A stretch of 64,000 nucleotides of DNA from Dehalococcoidia bacterium. GTDB lineage: Bacteria; Chloroflexota; Dehalococcoidia; Lucifugimonadales; UBA3495. Shown here in pieces: positions 1 through 9,107 of this stretch. A program made the translations under genes and the position numbers. Under the pieces are notes generated by a model. That model saw only the letters and a program-made list of their open reading frames with translations. It was not told where the DNA came from and did not search any database. Every line of letters begins with the position of its first letter. Position 1 is the first letter of the stretch. The stretch is taken from assembly GCA_030740155.1 (NCBI GenBank), contig JASLXV010000023.1, positions 18,908 through 82,907 on the forward strand. The letters are read 5' to 3'.

Positions 1-1
1 T

Positions 2-103
2 GGCGATCACCATGACGAAACTGGCGACGGGCACCAGCCACCACCCGTAGAAGACTCCCCGGGGACGGCCGGGGAGGTGTCCGCTCTGGCCTGCGTTTCC
101 CAA
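2..103 (-). CDS. MFS transporter, N-terminal fragment (runs off window)
   Basis: Read by hand: TTG start after GGAG, translation ...PRGVFYGWWLVPVASFVMVIA; YGW motif as in the MFS at 57044-58441. Confidence 0.65.
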   Translation of the reverse strand, partial: MGNAGQSGHLPGRPRGVFYGWWLVPVASFVMVIA

Positions 104-265
104 GGCCCACTCCGATCTCGCTCGAACCGTTGCCCCGGTTCGAGCCGCCGCTTCCGGTCACCCCGAGACTATCAGAAGTTGGCGTGGGTGGTCTATCGGC
201 TCATCGAAGCGGAGGAAATCAACCCACGGTGGCCAGGGATCGAGCCCGGCTAGGGCGGCTCCCGG

Positions 266-1111
266 TCAGCCCCGGTCACTCCGGGTTGTTTCGAGCCACA
301 GTTGGTATACCGTGTTCTTGGGCATATCCAGCGATACGGCCACCTGGGCCACCGCCTCTTTCGCCCGGGTCCCGGCCTCCCGCAGCCGGGACAGCTCCCG
401 GCGGGCCTCCTCCAGTTGGGACGGCGGTGGGCCGGCGGGCAATGGCTCTTCGGGCGCTCCCCGCACCACCAGGACCAGCTCTCCCAGGGGGGCCTGAAAG
501 TGTTCCACGGCCTCGGATAACGAGCCTCGGAACACCTCTTCGTGTAGCTTGGTCAGCTCCCGGCACACGGCGACCTCCCGGTCCCCCAACTCCTCCAGCA
601 TGTCTTGCAGCGTGGCCCGCAGCCGGTGGGGAGCTTCGAACGCCACCAGCGTCAACGGGAGGGAGGAGGCCGCCCGGAGGGACTGGCGCCGGCCCTTTTT
701 CCGCCGGGGCAGGAATCCCAGGAAGAGGAAAGCGTCGGCGGAGAGGCCGGAGACAGCCAGGGCGGTGGTGAGGGCCGACACCCCCGGAACCGATTCCACG
801 CGAAACCCGGCGGCGGCCGCCCGGGACACCAACTCGCTGCCCGGGTCGCTGACCGCCGGCATCCCGGCGTCGCTAACCAGCGCCACATCGCCCAACGCCA
901 GGGCCTCCAGCAGCCGGGGAATCCGGGCCTGCTGGTTGTGCTCGTGGTAGCTCAGCAGCGGCACCCGAATCCCCAGATGGGATAGCAGCCGGCGGGTGAC
1001 CCGGGTGTCCTCGGCGGCGACGAGTTGCACCTGGCCCAAGACCCGGGCCGCCCGGAGGGTCATATCCTCCAGATTTCCGATCGGTGTTCCTACCACGAAG
1101 AGAGTGCCCAT
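266..1111 (-). CDS. rsmI: 16S rRNA (cytidine1402-2'-O)-methyltransferase
   Basis: GTPIGNLEDMTLRA, AEDTR, SDAGMPAVSDPG and RELTKLHEE motifs. Confidence 0.95.
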   Translation of the reverse strand: MGTLFVVGTPIGNLEDMTLRAARVLGQVQLVAAEDTRVTRRLLSHLGIRVPLLSYHEHNQQARIPRLLEALALGDVALVSDAGMPAVSDPGSELVSRAAAAGFRVESVPGVSALTTALAVSGLSADAFLFLGFLPRRKKGRRQSLRAASSLPLTLVAFEAPHRLRATLQDMLEELGDREVAVCRELTKLHEEVFRGSLSEAVEHFQAPLGELVLVVRGAPEEPLPAGPPPSQLEEARRELSRLREAGTRAKEAVAQVAVSLDMPKNTVYQLWLETTRSDRG

Positions 1112-1131
1112 GCCTTAACATATACCCTGTA

Positions 1132-1842
1132 ATGAGGGCTGCTGGCAAATATTGGACTGGCTCGGTCCGCCCCCAGGTCGAAAAGGCCGGGGGTGTCCCC
1201 GCCCTGGCGCTCTTGGTTCTGGTTGTCCTGGTAGCTACGTCGGGGTTCCTGTACCTGCACGAATGGGGGCACGCCTTCGGTTTTTGGCTCGACGGCCTGG
1301 CGCCCTGTGTGGGCCTGAACAGTTCGTGGCCCGCTCCGCCCAACGAAGACGTTATTACCCTGATGGGCGGCCTCTTCGGTCCGTTGCTCGGTATGGGGCT
1401 AGGTCTGCTGTTCCTGGCGTTGCACTTCCTTCTCAGCTTCGCCAAAAAGTGGACCATGATACTCAGCGTGGCGAACCTGGTGGTACACCCCTTCTTCGTC
1501 GGCGGGTTCATCTATTCGGTCCTGATGTCCGGGCGCCCTTTCTACTGGGATGATGAGAGTACCGTTTCCTTGATGCTACCCGACACTTCGAGCACTGCAA
1601 GTGCCCTCAACGATCTGGTTGGCGAAGTAGGCAGAAGCTTCCTGTTCGATGGCTGGTCATTGGCGGTGGTTTGGCCGGGGGCGCTGCTGCCACTCTTCGC
1701 CCTCATTGGCCTGACGTGGTTTGGCCGGCCTCTCGGGAACCAGCGCGCGGTCACCTGGACGCTCGTGGTTGGAGCGCTCTGTTTGGCCGGCGCTGCTTTG
1801 TGGGCGGGGGTTGCCCAGTTCGGCTGGAAAATTTGCTTCTGA
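1132..1842 (+). CDS. Integral membrane protein with HExxH motif (M50 peptidase-like)
   Basis: YLHEWGH at the end of a TM helix, GP motif, several TM segments; start uncertain. Confidence 0.5.
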   Translation: MRAAGKYWTGSVRPQVEKAGGVPALALLVLVVLVATSGFLYLHEWGHAFGFWLDGLAPCVGLNSSWPAPPNEDVITLMGGLFGPLLGMGLGLLFLALHFLLSFAKKWTMILSVANLVVHPFFVGGFIYSVLMSGRPFYWDDESTVSLMLPDTSSTASALNDLVGEVGRSFLFDGWSLAVVWPGALLPLFALIGLTWFGRPLGNQRAVTWTLVVGALCLAGAALWAGVAQFGWKICF

Positions 1843-1903
1843 TCAGGCGCAAAGCGGGCTTCGAGGCATACACGCGGATTTCCCCACCCCCCCCATGATT
1901 AAC

Positions 1904-1944
1904 GTTGTGACACCCCTGCGCCTCGGGCGCAGGGGTGTCACAAC
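1904..1944. repeat. Perfect 19-bp inverted repeat
   Basis: GTTGTGACACCCCTGCGCC-tcg-GGCGCAGGGGTGTCACAAC. Confidence 0.9.
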
Positions 1945-2108
1945 TACTCTTCCCTATGGGTGGGGCCGAGCCTTGCTCGCCGCCCTTGCCGGATGGCGGC
2001 GTGGCCGGTAAGCTCAATAGAGCGATCGGATTCCAACGGCGATCCCACGGGAACAACGGACCCCGGATCAAGACCCGAAACAACACCTGAAACAACAACG
2101 GAGGGAGC

Positions 2109-3776
2109 ATGGCGAGCCTTACCGGCGCCCATTTATTCATCCGGTGCCTGAAGCAAGAGGGCATCGAGAAGGTGTTCACCATCGTCGGCGACACCATTCT
2201 GCCCCTGGTGAACGCGGCCGCCGAGGAGGGCATCGAGTTCATCGACACCCGGCACGAGGGCGCCGCCCTGCACATGGCCGACGGCTACGCGCGGATCACC
2301 GGCCGGCCCGCGGTGGGAATGTTCACCGGGGGGCCGGGGTTCTCCAACGCCATCTCGGCGCTGCCGGCCGTTTTCACCTCGGAGAGCCCCGTGATCTTCA
2401 TCGCCGGCTGCGCCGAGCTTCCGGAGAAGGGAATGACCACCTTTCAGGAGATCGACCAGACCGCCATGGCCGCGCCAGTGACCAAGGGCTCCTGGCTGAT
2501 CCACGACCGGAAGCGCATCCCGGAGTTCGTGGCCACGGCCTTCCGAACGGCCATGTCCGGCCGGCCCGGCCCGGTGCACCTCACGCTGCCGATGGACGTG
2601 CAGGAGCAGGAGATCTCCGAGGATGAGCTGCCCCGGTACCTACCCCGGGAGTACCGGAGTCAGGGCCGTTCCCAGGGAGACCCGGCCCTGATCGAGGAGG
2701 CGGCGGCCCTGCTGAGCGGGGCCAAGCGGCCGGTGATCATCGCGGGAAATCCGGCTCGTTACTCGGTGGCGGAGGAGCAATTGCAGTCTCTGGCCGAGGC
2801 CACCGGCATCCCCGTCTTTACCGTGGAGCAGGCCAGGGGATTGCTGGACGACGAGCATCCCCTGTGTTTCGGCTATGCCGATGGGGCGCTGAATCCGCCG
2901 GCCCGCCGTTTTAGCGAGGCCGACGTGGTGCTGCTGCTGGGTAAGCGGCTGGACCACCGTTACCGCTACGGGGATATCTTCAGCCCCGCCGCCCAAATCA
3001 TCCAGGCCGACCCCTCTCCGGCGGAGATCGGGCGCAACCGGGGCGTTGCCGTGGGGCTGTTGGGAGACCTGGGGGCGCTGGTGGACCAGTTGACCGCCGC
3101 CATCAAGCCGGGCTCTCGGGACGGTATCGCGTCCTGGGTGGACCAGCTCCAGGAGGACCGGTCGGCCTGGATGCAAGAGATGCGGGACAAGGCTGGGGGC
3201 GAGCCGATGCACCCGATGGACGTGTACTCCAGAGTCGAGCATCTGATCGACCGGGACACGGTTATCGTCTTCGACGGCGGCGACTACGTGCAGTGGGGCC
3301 GCGGCTACGTCAAAGCCCGGAGGCCCGGCCACTTCATCCGGCTGGGACCGCTGAGCCACCTGGGAGCCAGCATCCCCTACGGCATGGCCGCCAAGCTGGC
3401 CTATCCCGGCAGCAAGGTGCTGGTGTTCATCGGCGACGGGGCCTTCGGCTTCTACGCCATGGAGTACGACACCTGCATGCGCCATAACCTGGCGATAACC
3501 ACGGTGATGGGGAATGACCACACTTGGGGAATCGACAAGACCTTTCAGCTTGCTTACTTCAACCGGGCCGTGGCCACCGACCTTCGCTCCGTCCGGTACG
3601 ACAAGCTGGTGGAGACCTTGGGGGGCTACTCGGAGTATGCCGAGACGCCGGAGGAAGTAGCCCCAGCCGTTGAAAGGGCCCTGGCTTCCGGGCGTCCCTC
3701 CCTGGTCAACGTGGCGATTCGATCCGAGCCGAGTCCCCTGGCGGCGGCAATGATCGCGAGGCGTGCCGGGCGTTAG
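2109..3776 (+). CDS. Thiamine diphosphate-dependent enzyme (acetolactate synthase / 2-hydroxyacyl-CoA lyase family)
   Basis: RHEGAALHMADGYAR, GRPGPVHL and GDGAFGF...N ThDP motif; GGAG RBS. Confidence 0.9.
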   Translation: MASLTGAHLFIRCLKQEGIEKVFTIVGDTILPLVNAAAEEGIEFIDTRHEGAALHMADGYARITGRPAVGMFTGGPGFSNAISALPAVFTSESPVIFIAGCAELPEKGMTTFQEIDQTAMAAPVTKGSWLIHDRKRIPEFVATAFRTAMSGRPGPVHLTLPMDVQEQEISEDELPRYLPREYRSQGRSQGDPALIEEAAALLSGAKRPVIIAGNPARYSVAEEQLQSLAEATGIPVFTVEQARGLLDDEHPLCFGYADGALNPPARRFSEADVVLLLGKRLDHRYRYGDIFSPAAQIIQADPSPAEIGRNRGVAVGLLGDLGALVDQLTAAIKPGSRDGIASWVDQLQEDRSAWMQEMRDKAGGEPMHPMDVYSRVEHLIDRDTVIVFDGGDYVQWGRGYVKARRPGHFIRLGPLSHLGASIPYGMAAKLAYPGSKVLVFIGDGAFGFYAMEYDTCMRHNLAITTVMGNDHTWGIDKTFQLAYFNRAVATDLRSVRYDKLVETLGGYSEYAETPEEVAPAVERALASGRPSLVNVAIRSEPSPLAAAMIARRAGR

Positions 3777-3806
3777 AAGCCAGAATAATTTATAGCTGTT
3801 CCCTGA

Positions 3807-3834
3807 GGTGGTTCGACAGGCTCAACACGAACGG
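3807..3834. repeat. REP-like repeat family B (GTGGTTCGACAGGCTCACCACGAACGG)
   Basis: Near-identical copies at about 25177-25204, 58512-58538 and 58563-58590. Confidence 0.8.
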
Positions 3835-3927
3835 GGAAAACCCCTGAATTGGAGAGACCCGTTCGGCCATGTATCTTACATATAGACGTGACAGACCGCT
3901 TCGTCCTGGGTCTTGCGGACCGGCGGC

Positions 3928-4281
3928 TCAGCGGCTGGTGTTGATGACCGCCCGGCGGTGGGTGCCCTCTCCGAGCTTGCGGTCGCCATCGTAGGCTTCC
4001 ACCCGGAAGGTCAACTTGTTGCGGTCCACCTCGGTTAGCTCCGCGTAAGCGATGATGGTGGCGCCGATGTCGGCCGGGGCCAGGTGCCGGACATCGACAT
4101 TAAAGCCGACCGAGGTCTGGCCCTCTTCCAGGAACTTGTGCACCGTCGCAATGGAGGCCAGTTCCATCAGCTCAATCATGGCCGGAGTGCTGTACTTGTT
4201 CACGTGCCCCGCCACGTTGTGCTCGCAGACCATTGTCTGTTTCTCGCCCTTGATGCCGGGGACTATCTTCGAAGTCACCAT
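3928..4281 (-). CDS. FlK-like hotdog thioesterase
   Basis: STPAMIELME, TSVG, HLAP and GEGTHRRAV motifs. Confidence 0.85.
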   Translation of the reverse strand: MVTSKIVPGIKGEKQTMVCEHNVAGHVNKYSTPAMIELMELASIATVHKFLEEGQTSVGFNVDVRHLAPADIGATIIAYAELTEVDRNKLTFRVEAYDGDRKLGEGTHRRAVINTSR

Positions 4282-4438
4282 TTAGCTGCGCCTCCTGATC
4301 GGCTAGGGGTTGCGGTTTTTGTCATCATAACAGATGGCTTGGCGGCACCCACCGGGCTCGCGGGTACCCCGAGACCCTCATCAGGGAGGGCCGGCGGGAA
4401 CGCTTGCGGCCGCCTCGGCTTCAGGCTTTGCCCTAAAA

Positions 4439-4566
4439 CTGTCATTCCGAGGAGAGAAGCGACGAGGAATCTGGTGCGGGGTTCCTTCATCGGAGCCTAG
4501 ACCCACTACCCAGACCCCTCGCTTCACTCGGGGTGACATGCTCCAGGGTACTTTTGAGGCAAGGCC
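4439..4566. repeat. REP/MITE-like repeat family A (GTCATTCCGAGGAG...CGACGAGGAATCT...CTCGGGGTGAC)
   Basis: Full second copy at 34060-34188, inverted half-copy at 17650-17689, remnant near 15581-15620. Confidence 0.85.
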
Positions 4567-4637
4567 CCAGCTTCACGCCTGCCTGTTGAACGCGGCCCGA
4601 TATTGATATAACATTCACCCCTCAGGAAGCTTCTGCT

Positions 4638-5564
4638 ATGGATACCAAGAGGGACATCCTTTCGGTGACGGACCTGTGTGCCGATGAGACCCGTGGAATT
4701 ATACGCCGGGCCCGGCATCTGAAGGCGGACGTGTCAGCTCAGCCCCTCCAGGGCAAGAGCATTGCCTTGTTGTTCGAGAAACCCTCGCTGCGCACCCGAG
4801 TCAGCTTCCAGGTGGCCATCAGCCAGTTGGGCGGCTACTCCGTCTACCTCGGCCCGGACGATGTGGGCCTTGGCGGCCGCGAGCCGGTGTCCGACATCGC
4901 ACGAGTGCTCTCCGGCTACGTGGATTGCATCGTCGCCAGGGTCTTCAACCACCAGGACCTCGTGGAATTGGCCCGGTATGCCTCCGTGCCCGTGATCAAT
5001 GCCCTGTCCGACTGGGAACACCCGTGCCAAACCATGGCCGACCTGCTGACCATGGACGAACACCTGGGCGGACTGGAGGGCGTCAAACTGGCTTTCATCG
5101 GCGACGGCAACAACGTGGCCCGAAGCTTGTGCCTGGCCCTTCCGGCGATGGGCGTAGGTTTCACCATGGCCGCGCCGGAGGGATATGAATTGGACGAGAC
5201 CTCGCTCAAGCTGGCGCGCCGGCGGGCCGAGACAGCGTCGGTGGAGGTGCGAGCGGTGAGGGCCCCGGTCGAGGCAGTCACCTTCGCCGATGTGGTGTAT
5301 ACCGACGTGTGGGCCAGCATGGGGCAGGAAGAGGAAGCAGCACGCCGCCGGCAAGCTTTCCAGGGGTACACGGTTGACCCGGCCCTGCTGGCTCAGGCCA
5401 AGGCCGGCGCCATATTCATGCACGATATGCCGGCCCATTACGGCGAAGAGGTGCCGCCGGGAATGCTGGAGCACCCCCAGTCGGTGGCCTATCAACAGGC
5501 CCATAATCGCAAACCAGCCCACATGGCTCTCCTGGAGTTTGTCATGGGCGGAGCCGGAGCTTAG
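4638..5564 (+). CDS. argF: Ornithine carbamoyltransferase (atypical C-terminal motifs)
   Basis: FEKPSLRT, HPCQ, GDGNNV and DVWASMG motifs; HDMP in place of HCLP. Confidence 0.8.
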   Translation: MDTKRDILSVTDLCADETRGIIRRARHLKADVSAQPLQGKSIALLFEKPSLRTRVSFQVAISQLGGYSVYLGPDDVGLGGREPVSDIARVLSGYVDCIVARVFNHQDLVELARYASVPVINALSDWEHPCQTMADLLTMDEHLGGLEGVKLAFIGDGNNVARSLCLALPAMGVGFTMAAPEGYELDETSLKLARRRAETASVEVRAVRAPVEAVTFADVVYTDVWASMGQEEEAARRRQAFQGYTVDPALLAQAKAGAIFMHDMPAHYGEEVPPGMLEHPQSVAYQQAHNRKPAHMALLEFVMGGAGA

Positions 5565-5566
5565 TC

Positions 5567-6910
5567 GTGAACGTCCCTATCGTGGCCATCGTCGGACGGC
5601 CCAACGTCGGCAAGTCGTCTCTATTCAACCGGATTCTTGGCCGCCGCCAGGCCATCGTATCGGAGGTGGCCGGAACCACGCGTGACCGGTTGCTGGCCGA
5701 GGCCCAATGGGATGACTATCGCTTCATCCTGGTGGATACGGGGGGCCTGGAAACGAACCCGGAGGGGACCATCCGGGAAAAGGTCCAGGAGCAGGCGGAC
5801 ATGGCCGTGGCCTCGGCCGACGTGATCATTTTCATGACCGACGTGGCCGACGGCCTGACCCCGGCCGATCAGGTGGCGGCCGACCGGCTCCGGCGCACCC
5901 AAAAGCCCGTGATATTGGCGGTCAACAAGGTGGACAACGACGCCCGGGAATTCACCGCGTCGGAGTTCTACCAGATAGGGATGGGCGAGCCGTCGCTGAT
6001 CAGCGCCTACCACAATTACGGTATTTACGAGTTGATGGACCTGGTCCTGGCCAATCTGCCCTACCAGCCCGAGGCGCCGGATGAGGCGGAAGAGACGGAA
6101 ATGCCATCGCCGGCCACGCTGAAGCTGGCCATCGTGGGACGGACCAATGTTGGCAAGTCCATGCTGCTGAACTCCATCCTGGGGCAGGAGCGGTCCATCG
6201 TCAGCCAGGTAGCGGGAACCACACGGGACGCCGTGGACACCAACTTGAACTACCGGGGCAACGACATCGTGTTGATCGATACCGCCGGCATCCGCCGGCC
6301 CGGACGCGTCGGGCGCGGCATCGAAAAATACAGTGTAATCCGGGCCGTGAGTGCGGTGAATCGCAGCGATATCACGCTGCTGGTGGTCGACGCCACCGAA
6401 CTGGCCACGGCCCAGGACGCCCACATATCCGGGCTGGCCTGGGATGTGTGCCGGGGTCTCATCGTGGTGATCAACAAATGGGACCTGATGGAGGAAGAGG
6501 GCTCGCTGGAGCGGGAACGCGCCCTGTTCCGCGTGCGGGAACGGCTCCATTTCATGCCCTATGTCCCCATCTGCTTCACCTCCGCGCTGCACGGGACCGG
6601 TATCCCCGGGCTGTTGCGGACCGCCCTGGACCTGTGGCAGGAGAGGCTCCGGTTGATCCCAATCCGCCAGTTGCAGTACGTCCTGGCCGACGCTCTCGCC
6701 GCCCACTCGCCCCCCACGGTGAAAGGACACGGGCGCAAGAGGCTGCGCATCAACCGTTTGCGGCAGGTTGATGTGAATCCGCCGACGTTCCTCTTTACAG
6801 TGGATAACCCGCAACTGGTACACTTCTCGTATCAACGCTACCTGGAGAATCAGTTGCGGACCAATTTTGGCTTCGACCACACTCATCTGAGGCTGGTGTT
6901 CAAGAAATGA
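5567..6910 (+). CDS. der: Ribosome biogenesis GTPase Der
   Basis: Two G-domains (GRPNVGKS and GRTNVGKS, DTGG and DTAG, NKVD and NKWD) plus KH-like C-terminus. Confidence 0.97.
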   Translation: MNVPIVAIVGRPNVGKSSLFNRILGRRQAIVSEVAGTTRDRLLAEAQWDDYRFILVDTGGLETNPEGTIREKVQEQADMAVASADVIIFMTDVADGLTPADQVAADRLRRTQKPVILAVNKVDNDAREFTASEFYQIGMGEPSLISAYHNYGIYELMDLVLANLPYQPEAPDEAEETEMPSPATLKLAIVGRTNVGKSMLLNSILGQERSIVSQVAGTTRDAVDTNLNYRGNDIVLIDTAGIRRPGRVGRGIEKYSVIRAVSAVNRSDITLLVVDATELATAQDAHISGLAWDVCRGLIVVINKWDLMEEEGSLERERALFRVRERLHFMPYVPICFTSALHGTGIPGLLRTALDLWQERLRLIPIRQLQYVLADALAAHSPPTVKGHGRKRLRINRLRQVDVNPPTFLFTVDNPQLVHFSYQRYLENQLRTNFGFDHTHLRLVFKK

Positions 6911-7629
6911 TGCGAAGGCCGTTGCCCCCGCTGTTGTTCGTCTCGGTGGTGCTGCCCCTGCTGACCGCTTTCGTGGTCGTGGCGTTCCTGACTTTGGAAG
7001 ACGCGCCCGTGGCGGCCCAGTATGCCTCGGTGCTGGTCCTCTCGTATCTTCTTGGCTCGATCCCCTGGGGCTACCTCCTGCTCTTCATGACGCGTGGGGT
7101 CGACGTCCGAGAATACGGAAGCGGCCGCACCGGGATGACCAACGTACTTCGCACCGGTGGAGGCAAGCTTGCCGTCGTGGTCCTGGCGCTGGACCTGGGC
7201 AAAGGAATATTGGCGGTGCTGCTGGCCCGGGAAGTGATCGGCCCGAACGAGGCCGAAGTGGCGGCCGGCCTGTGCGTGTTGGTGGGCCACAACTGGCCTG
7301 TGTTCCTTCAGTTCCGCGGCGGCCGGGGCATCTTGACCGGCCTGGGGGGCCTGTCGATCATGGCCCCGATCCCGGCGGTTTTCGCGGCGGTGGCCTTTGT
7401 CTTCGCGACACTGTTCAGCCGGTACGTGTCCCTCGGTTCCATAACCGGAGTGGTCATCGCCTTTCTCTCGGTGCTGGCGATGACCCTGGCGGGGGTGTAC
7501 TCCACTACCTACACCCTCTACGTGTCCCTGGGCGGGGCCATTATCATCTGGCAGCACCGGGACAACATCCGGCGGATACGCCAGGGCAATGAGCGGCGCT
7601 TGGGTCAGCCGGCTGATAAGCTTGTCTGA
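6907..7629 (+). CDS. plsY: Glycerol-3-phosphate acyltransferase PlsY
   Basis: YLLGSIP, GSGRTGMTNVLR, GHNWP.F..FRGGRG and HRDNI motifs; der-plsY-gpsA synteny. Confidence 0.93.
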   Translation: MMRRPLPPLLFVSVVLPLLTAFVVVAFLTLEDAPVAAQYASVLVLSYLLGSIPWGYLLLFMTRGVDVREYGSGRTGMTNVLRTGGGKLAVVVLALDLGKGILAVLLAREVIGPNEAEVAAGLCVLVGHNWPVFLQFRGGRGILTGLGGLSIMAPIPAVFAAVAFVFATLFSRYVSLGSITGVVIAFLSVLAMTLAGVYSTTYTLYVSLGGAIIIWQHRDNIRRIRQGNERRLGQPADKLV

Positions 7630-7650
7630 CCGTCGAGCAGACCTCAGGTT

Positions 7651-7682
7651 ACATAGGGGCGATTCGCGAATCGCCCCTATGT
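7651..7682. repeat. REP-like palindrome family C (TAGGGGCG...CGCCCCTA)
   Basis: Perfect 32-bp palindrome; related copies at 15525-15554 and 17743-17770. Confidence 0.85.
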
Positions 7683-7709
7683 CTGCGTGAGAGAATAGGG
7701 GATCAAGCG

Positions 7710-8714
7710 TTGGAAGAGAGGGTAGCGGTAGTCGGCTCCACCACTTGGGGCACCACCTTGGGCATTATCCTGGCGCGGAAGAACATCCCGGTAAGGTTGT
7801 GGGCCCGCACTTCGGAGGAGGCCGCCGAGCTTGAAGCCAAGCGCCGAAACACCCGCTTCCTTCCGGACATCGCCTTCCCCGATGGCCTCAGCGTTACCAG
7901 CGACGTTCAGGACGCGGTAGCCCCAGCCGGGCTGGTCATCGTCGGCGTGCCCTCCGACCGGCTACGGCAGAACGTTCGAAACATACGCGACGCCATCACA
8001 CCTGGAACTATCATCCTGAGCGCGACCAAGGGCCTGGAGTTGCCGGCGGGTCAAAGGATGAGCCAGGTCCTGAAAGAGGAGCTTCCCCCTCACCTGCACC
8101 CCGGCATCTGCGTGCTGTCCGGCCCCAATCTGGCCAAGGAAATAATCCAGGGGAAGCCGGCGTCCACCGTGATCGCCGGAGAGGACTCGGCCGTCGTCAA
8201 GCAGGCCCAGGCCATCCTCATGTCCCGCTATTTCCGAGTCTACACCAGCCGGGACGTCGTCGGGGTGGAACTCGGCGGAGCGCTGAAGAACATCATCGCC
8301 CTGGGGGCCGGCATGGTCGACGGCATGGAGGTGGGTGAAAACGCCAAGTCGGCCTTCATCACCCGGGGGCTGGCCGAGATCACCCGCCTGGGGCTTGCCG
8401 CCGGCGCCGAACCCCTCACCCTCGCCGGACTGGCCGGGCTTGGCGACCTGATCGCCACCTGCTCCAGCCCGCTGAGCCGCAACCGCCACGTGGGGGACCA
8501 GCTGGCCCGGGGCAAGACCTGGCCGGAGATTCAACGGGCCATGGACAACGTGGCCGAAGGGGTCAATTCCACCGGCGCGGCGCTGGCCATGGCCAGCCAT
8601 TTGGGCGTGGAGATGCCCATTGCCCTGGCCATCAACCGAATCCTCTTCGAAGGGTTGTCACCCCAAGAAGCCGCCACCGAGCTGATGGAGCGCCCGCCCC
8701 GCTCTGAGTGGTAG
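7710..8714 (+). CDS. gpsA: NAD(P)H-dependent glycerol-3-phosphate dehydrogenase
   Basis: GSTTWGT, SGPNLA, GGALKN and GLGDLIATCSSPLSRN motifs. Confidence 0.95.
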   Translation: MEERVAVVGSTTWGTTLGIILARKNIPVRLWARTSEEAAELEAKRRNTRFLPDIAFPDGLSVTSDVQDAVAPAGLVIVGVPSDRLRQNVRNIRDAITPGTIILSATKGLELPAGQRMSQVLKEELPPHLHPGICVLSGPNLAKEIIQGKPASTVIAGEDSAVVKQAQAILMSRYFRVYTSRDVVGVELGGALKNIIALGAGMVDGMEVGENAKSAFITRGLAEITRLGLAAGAEPLTLAGLAGLGDLIATCSSPLSRNRHVGDQLARGKTWPEIQRAMDNVAEGVNSTGAALAMASHLGVEMPIALAINRILFEGLSPQEAATELMERPPRSEW

Positions 8715-8729
8715 GCCGCTCCGCTTCGC

Positions 8730-9101
8730 CTAACGCAGCTCGCCGCGGCGGAGGGACGGCGCCCGCTCCAACAGCCACCGGGCCGCCGCCACGCGGTGAC
8801 ACGGCTGGCCCGCCGGCTCGAAGCACAACAGCGTAAACTTCCCTAATCCGGGCGACTCGTCGACCCATTCCCGGAATTTGTCCAGGTCGTGGTAGTCCGT
8901 GTCCAATCCCCGGCGGAACTCGCGGGAAAAAGCGGCAAAATCGATCTCTCCGCTCCGGTAGGCCAGAAGCAACTCCTGCCGGGGGTACAGGAATGGGAGC
9001 GTTTCCCACTGGACCCGCTTGCCGCGGGGATGCCTCCGAGACACCCGGTAGAGGCGGCCCTCCCAGTCATCGGGAGCGTAATAGCTGGCGGTGTACAGCA
9101 T
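8730..9101 (-). CDS. DUF488-like protein
   Basis: TLLCFE...CHR motif. Confidence 0.6.
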   Translation of the reverse strand: MLYTASYYAPDDWEGRLYRVSRRHPRGKRVQWETLPFLYPRQELLLAYRSGEIDFAAFSREFRRGLDTDYHDLDKFREWVDESPGLGKFTLLCFEPAGQPCHRVAAARWLLERAPSLRRGELR

Positions 9102-9107
9102 GGGCGG

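Noticed and set aside
130-150. GGTTCGA motifs as tRNA T-loops (137, 3810, 25180, 46847)
   Set aside because: No cloverleaf or acceptor stem; two of them belong to repeat family B. No tRNA (including selC) or rRNA was seen.
1850-2108. TPP riboswitch ahead of the ThDP enzyme
   Set aside because: No CTGAGA or ACCTG core motifs.
5621-6886. Long antisense or alternative-frame ORFs (e.g. 5621-6886, 13789-15156, 22115-23476, 28672-29994, 43201-44424)
   Set aside because: Shadow ORFs expected from high-GC codon bias over well-supported genes.
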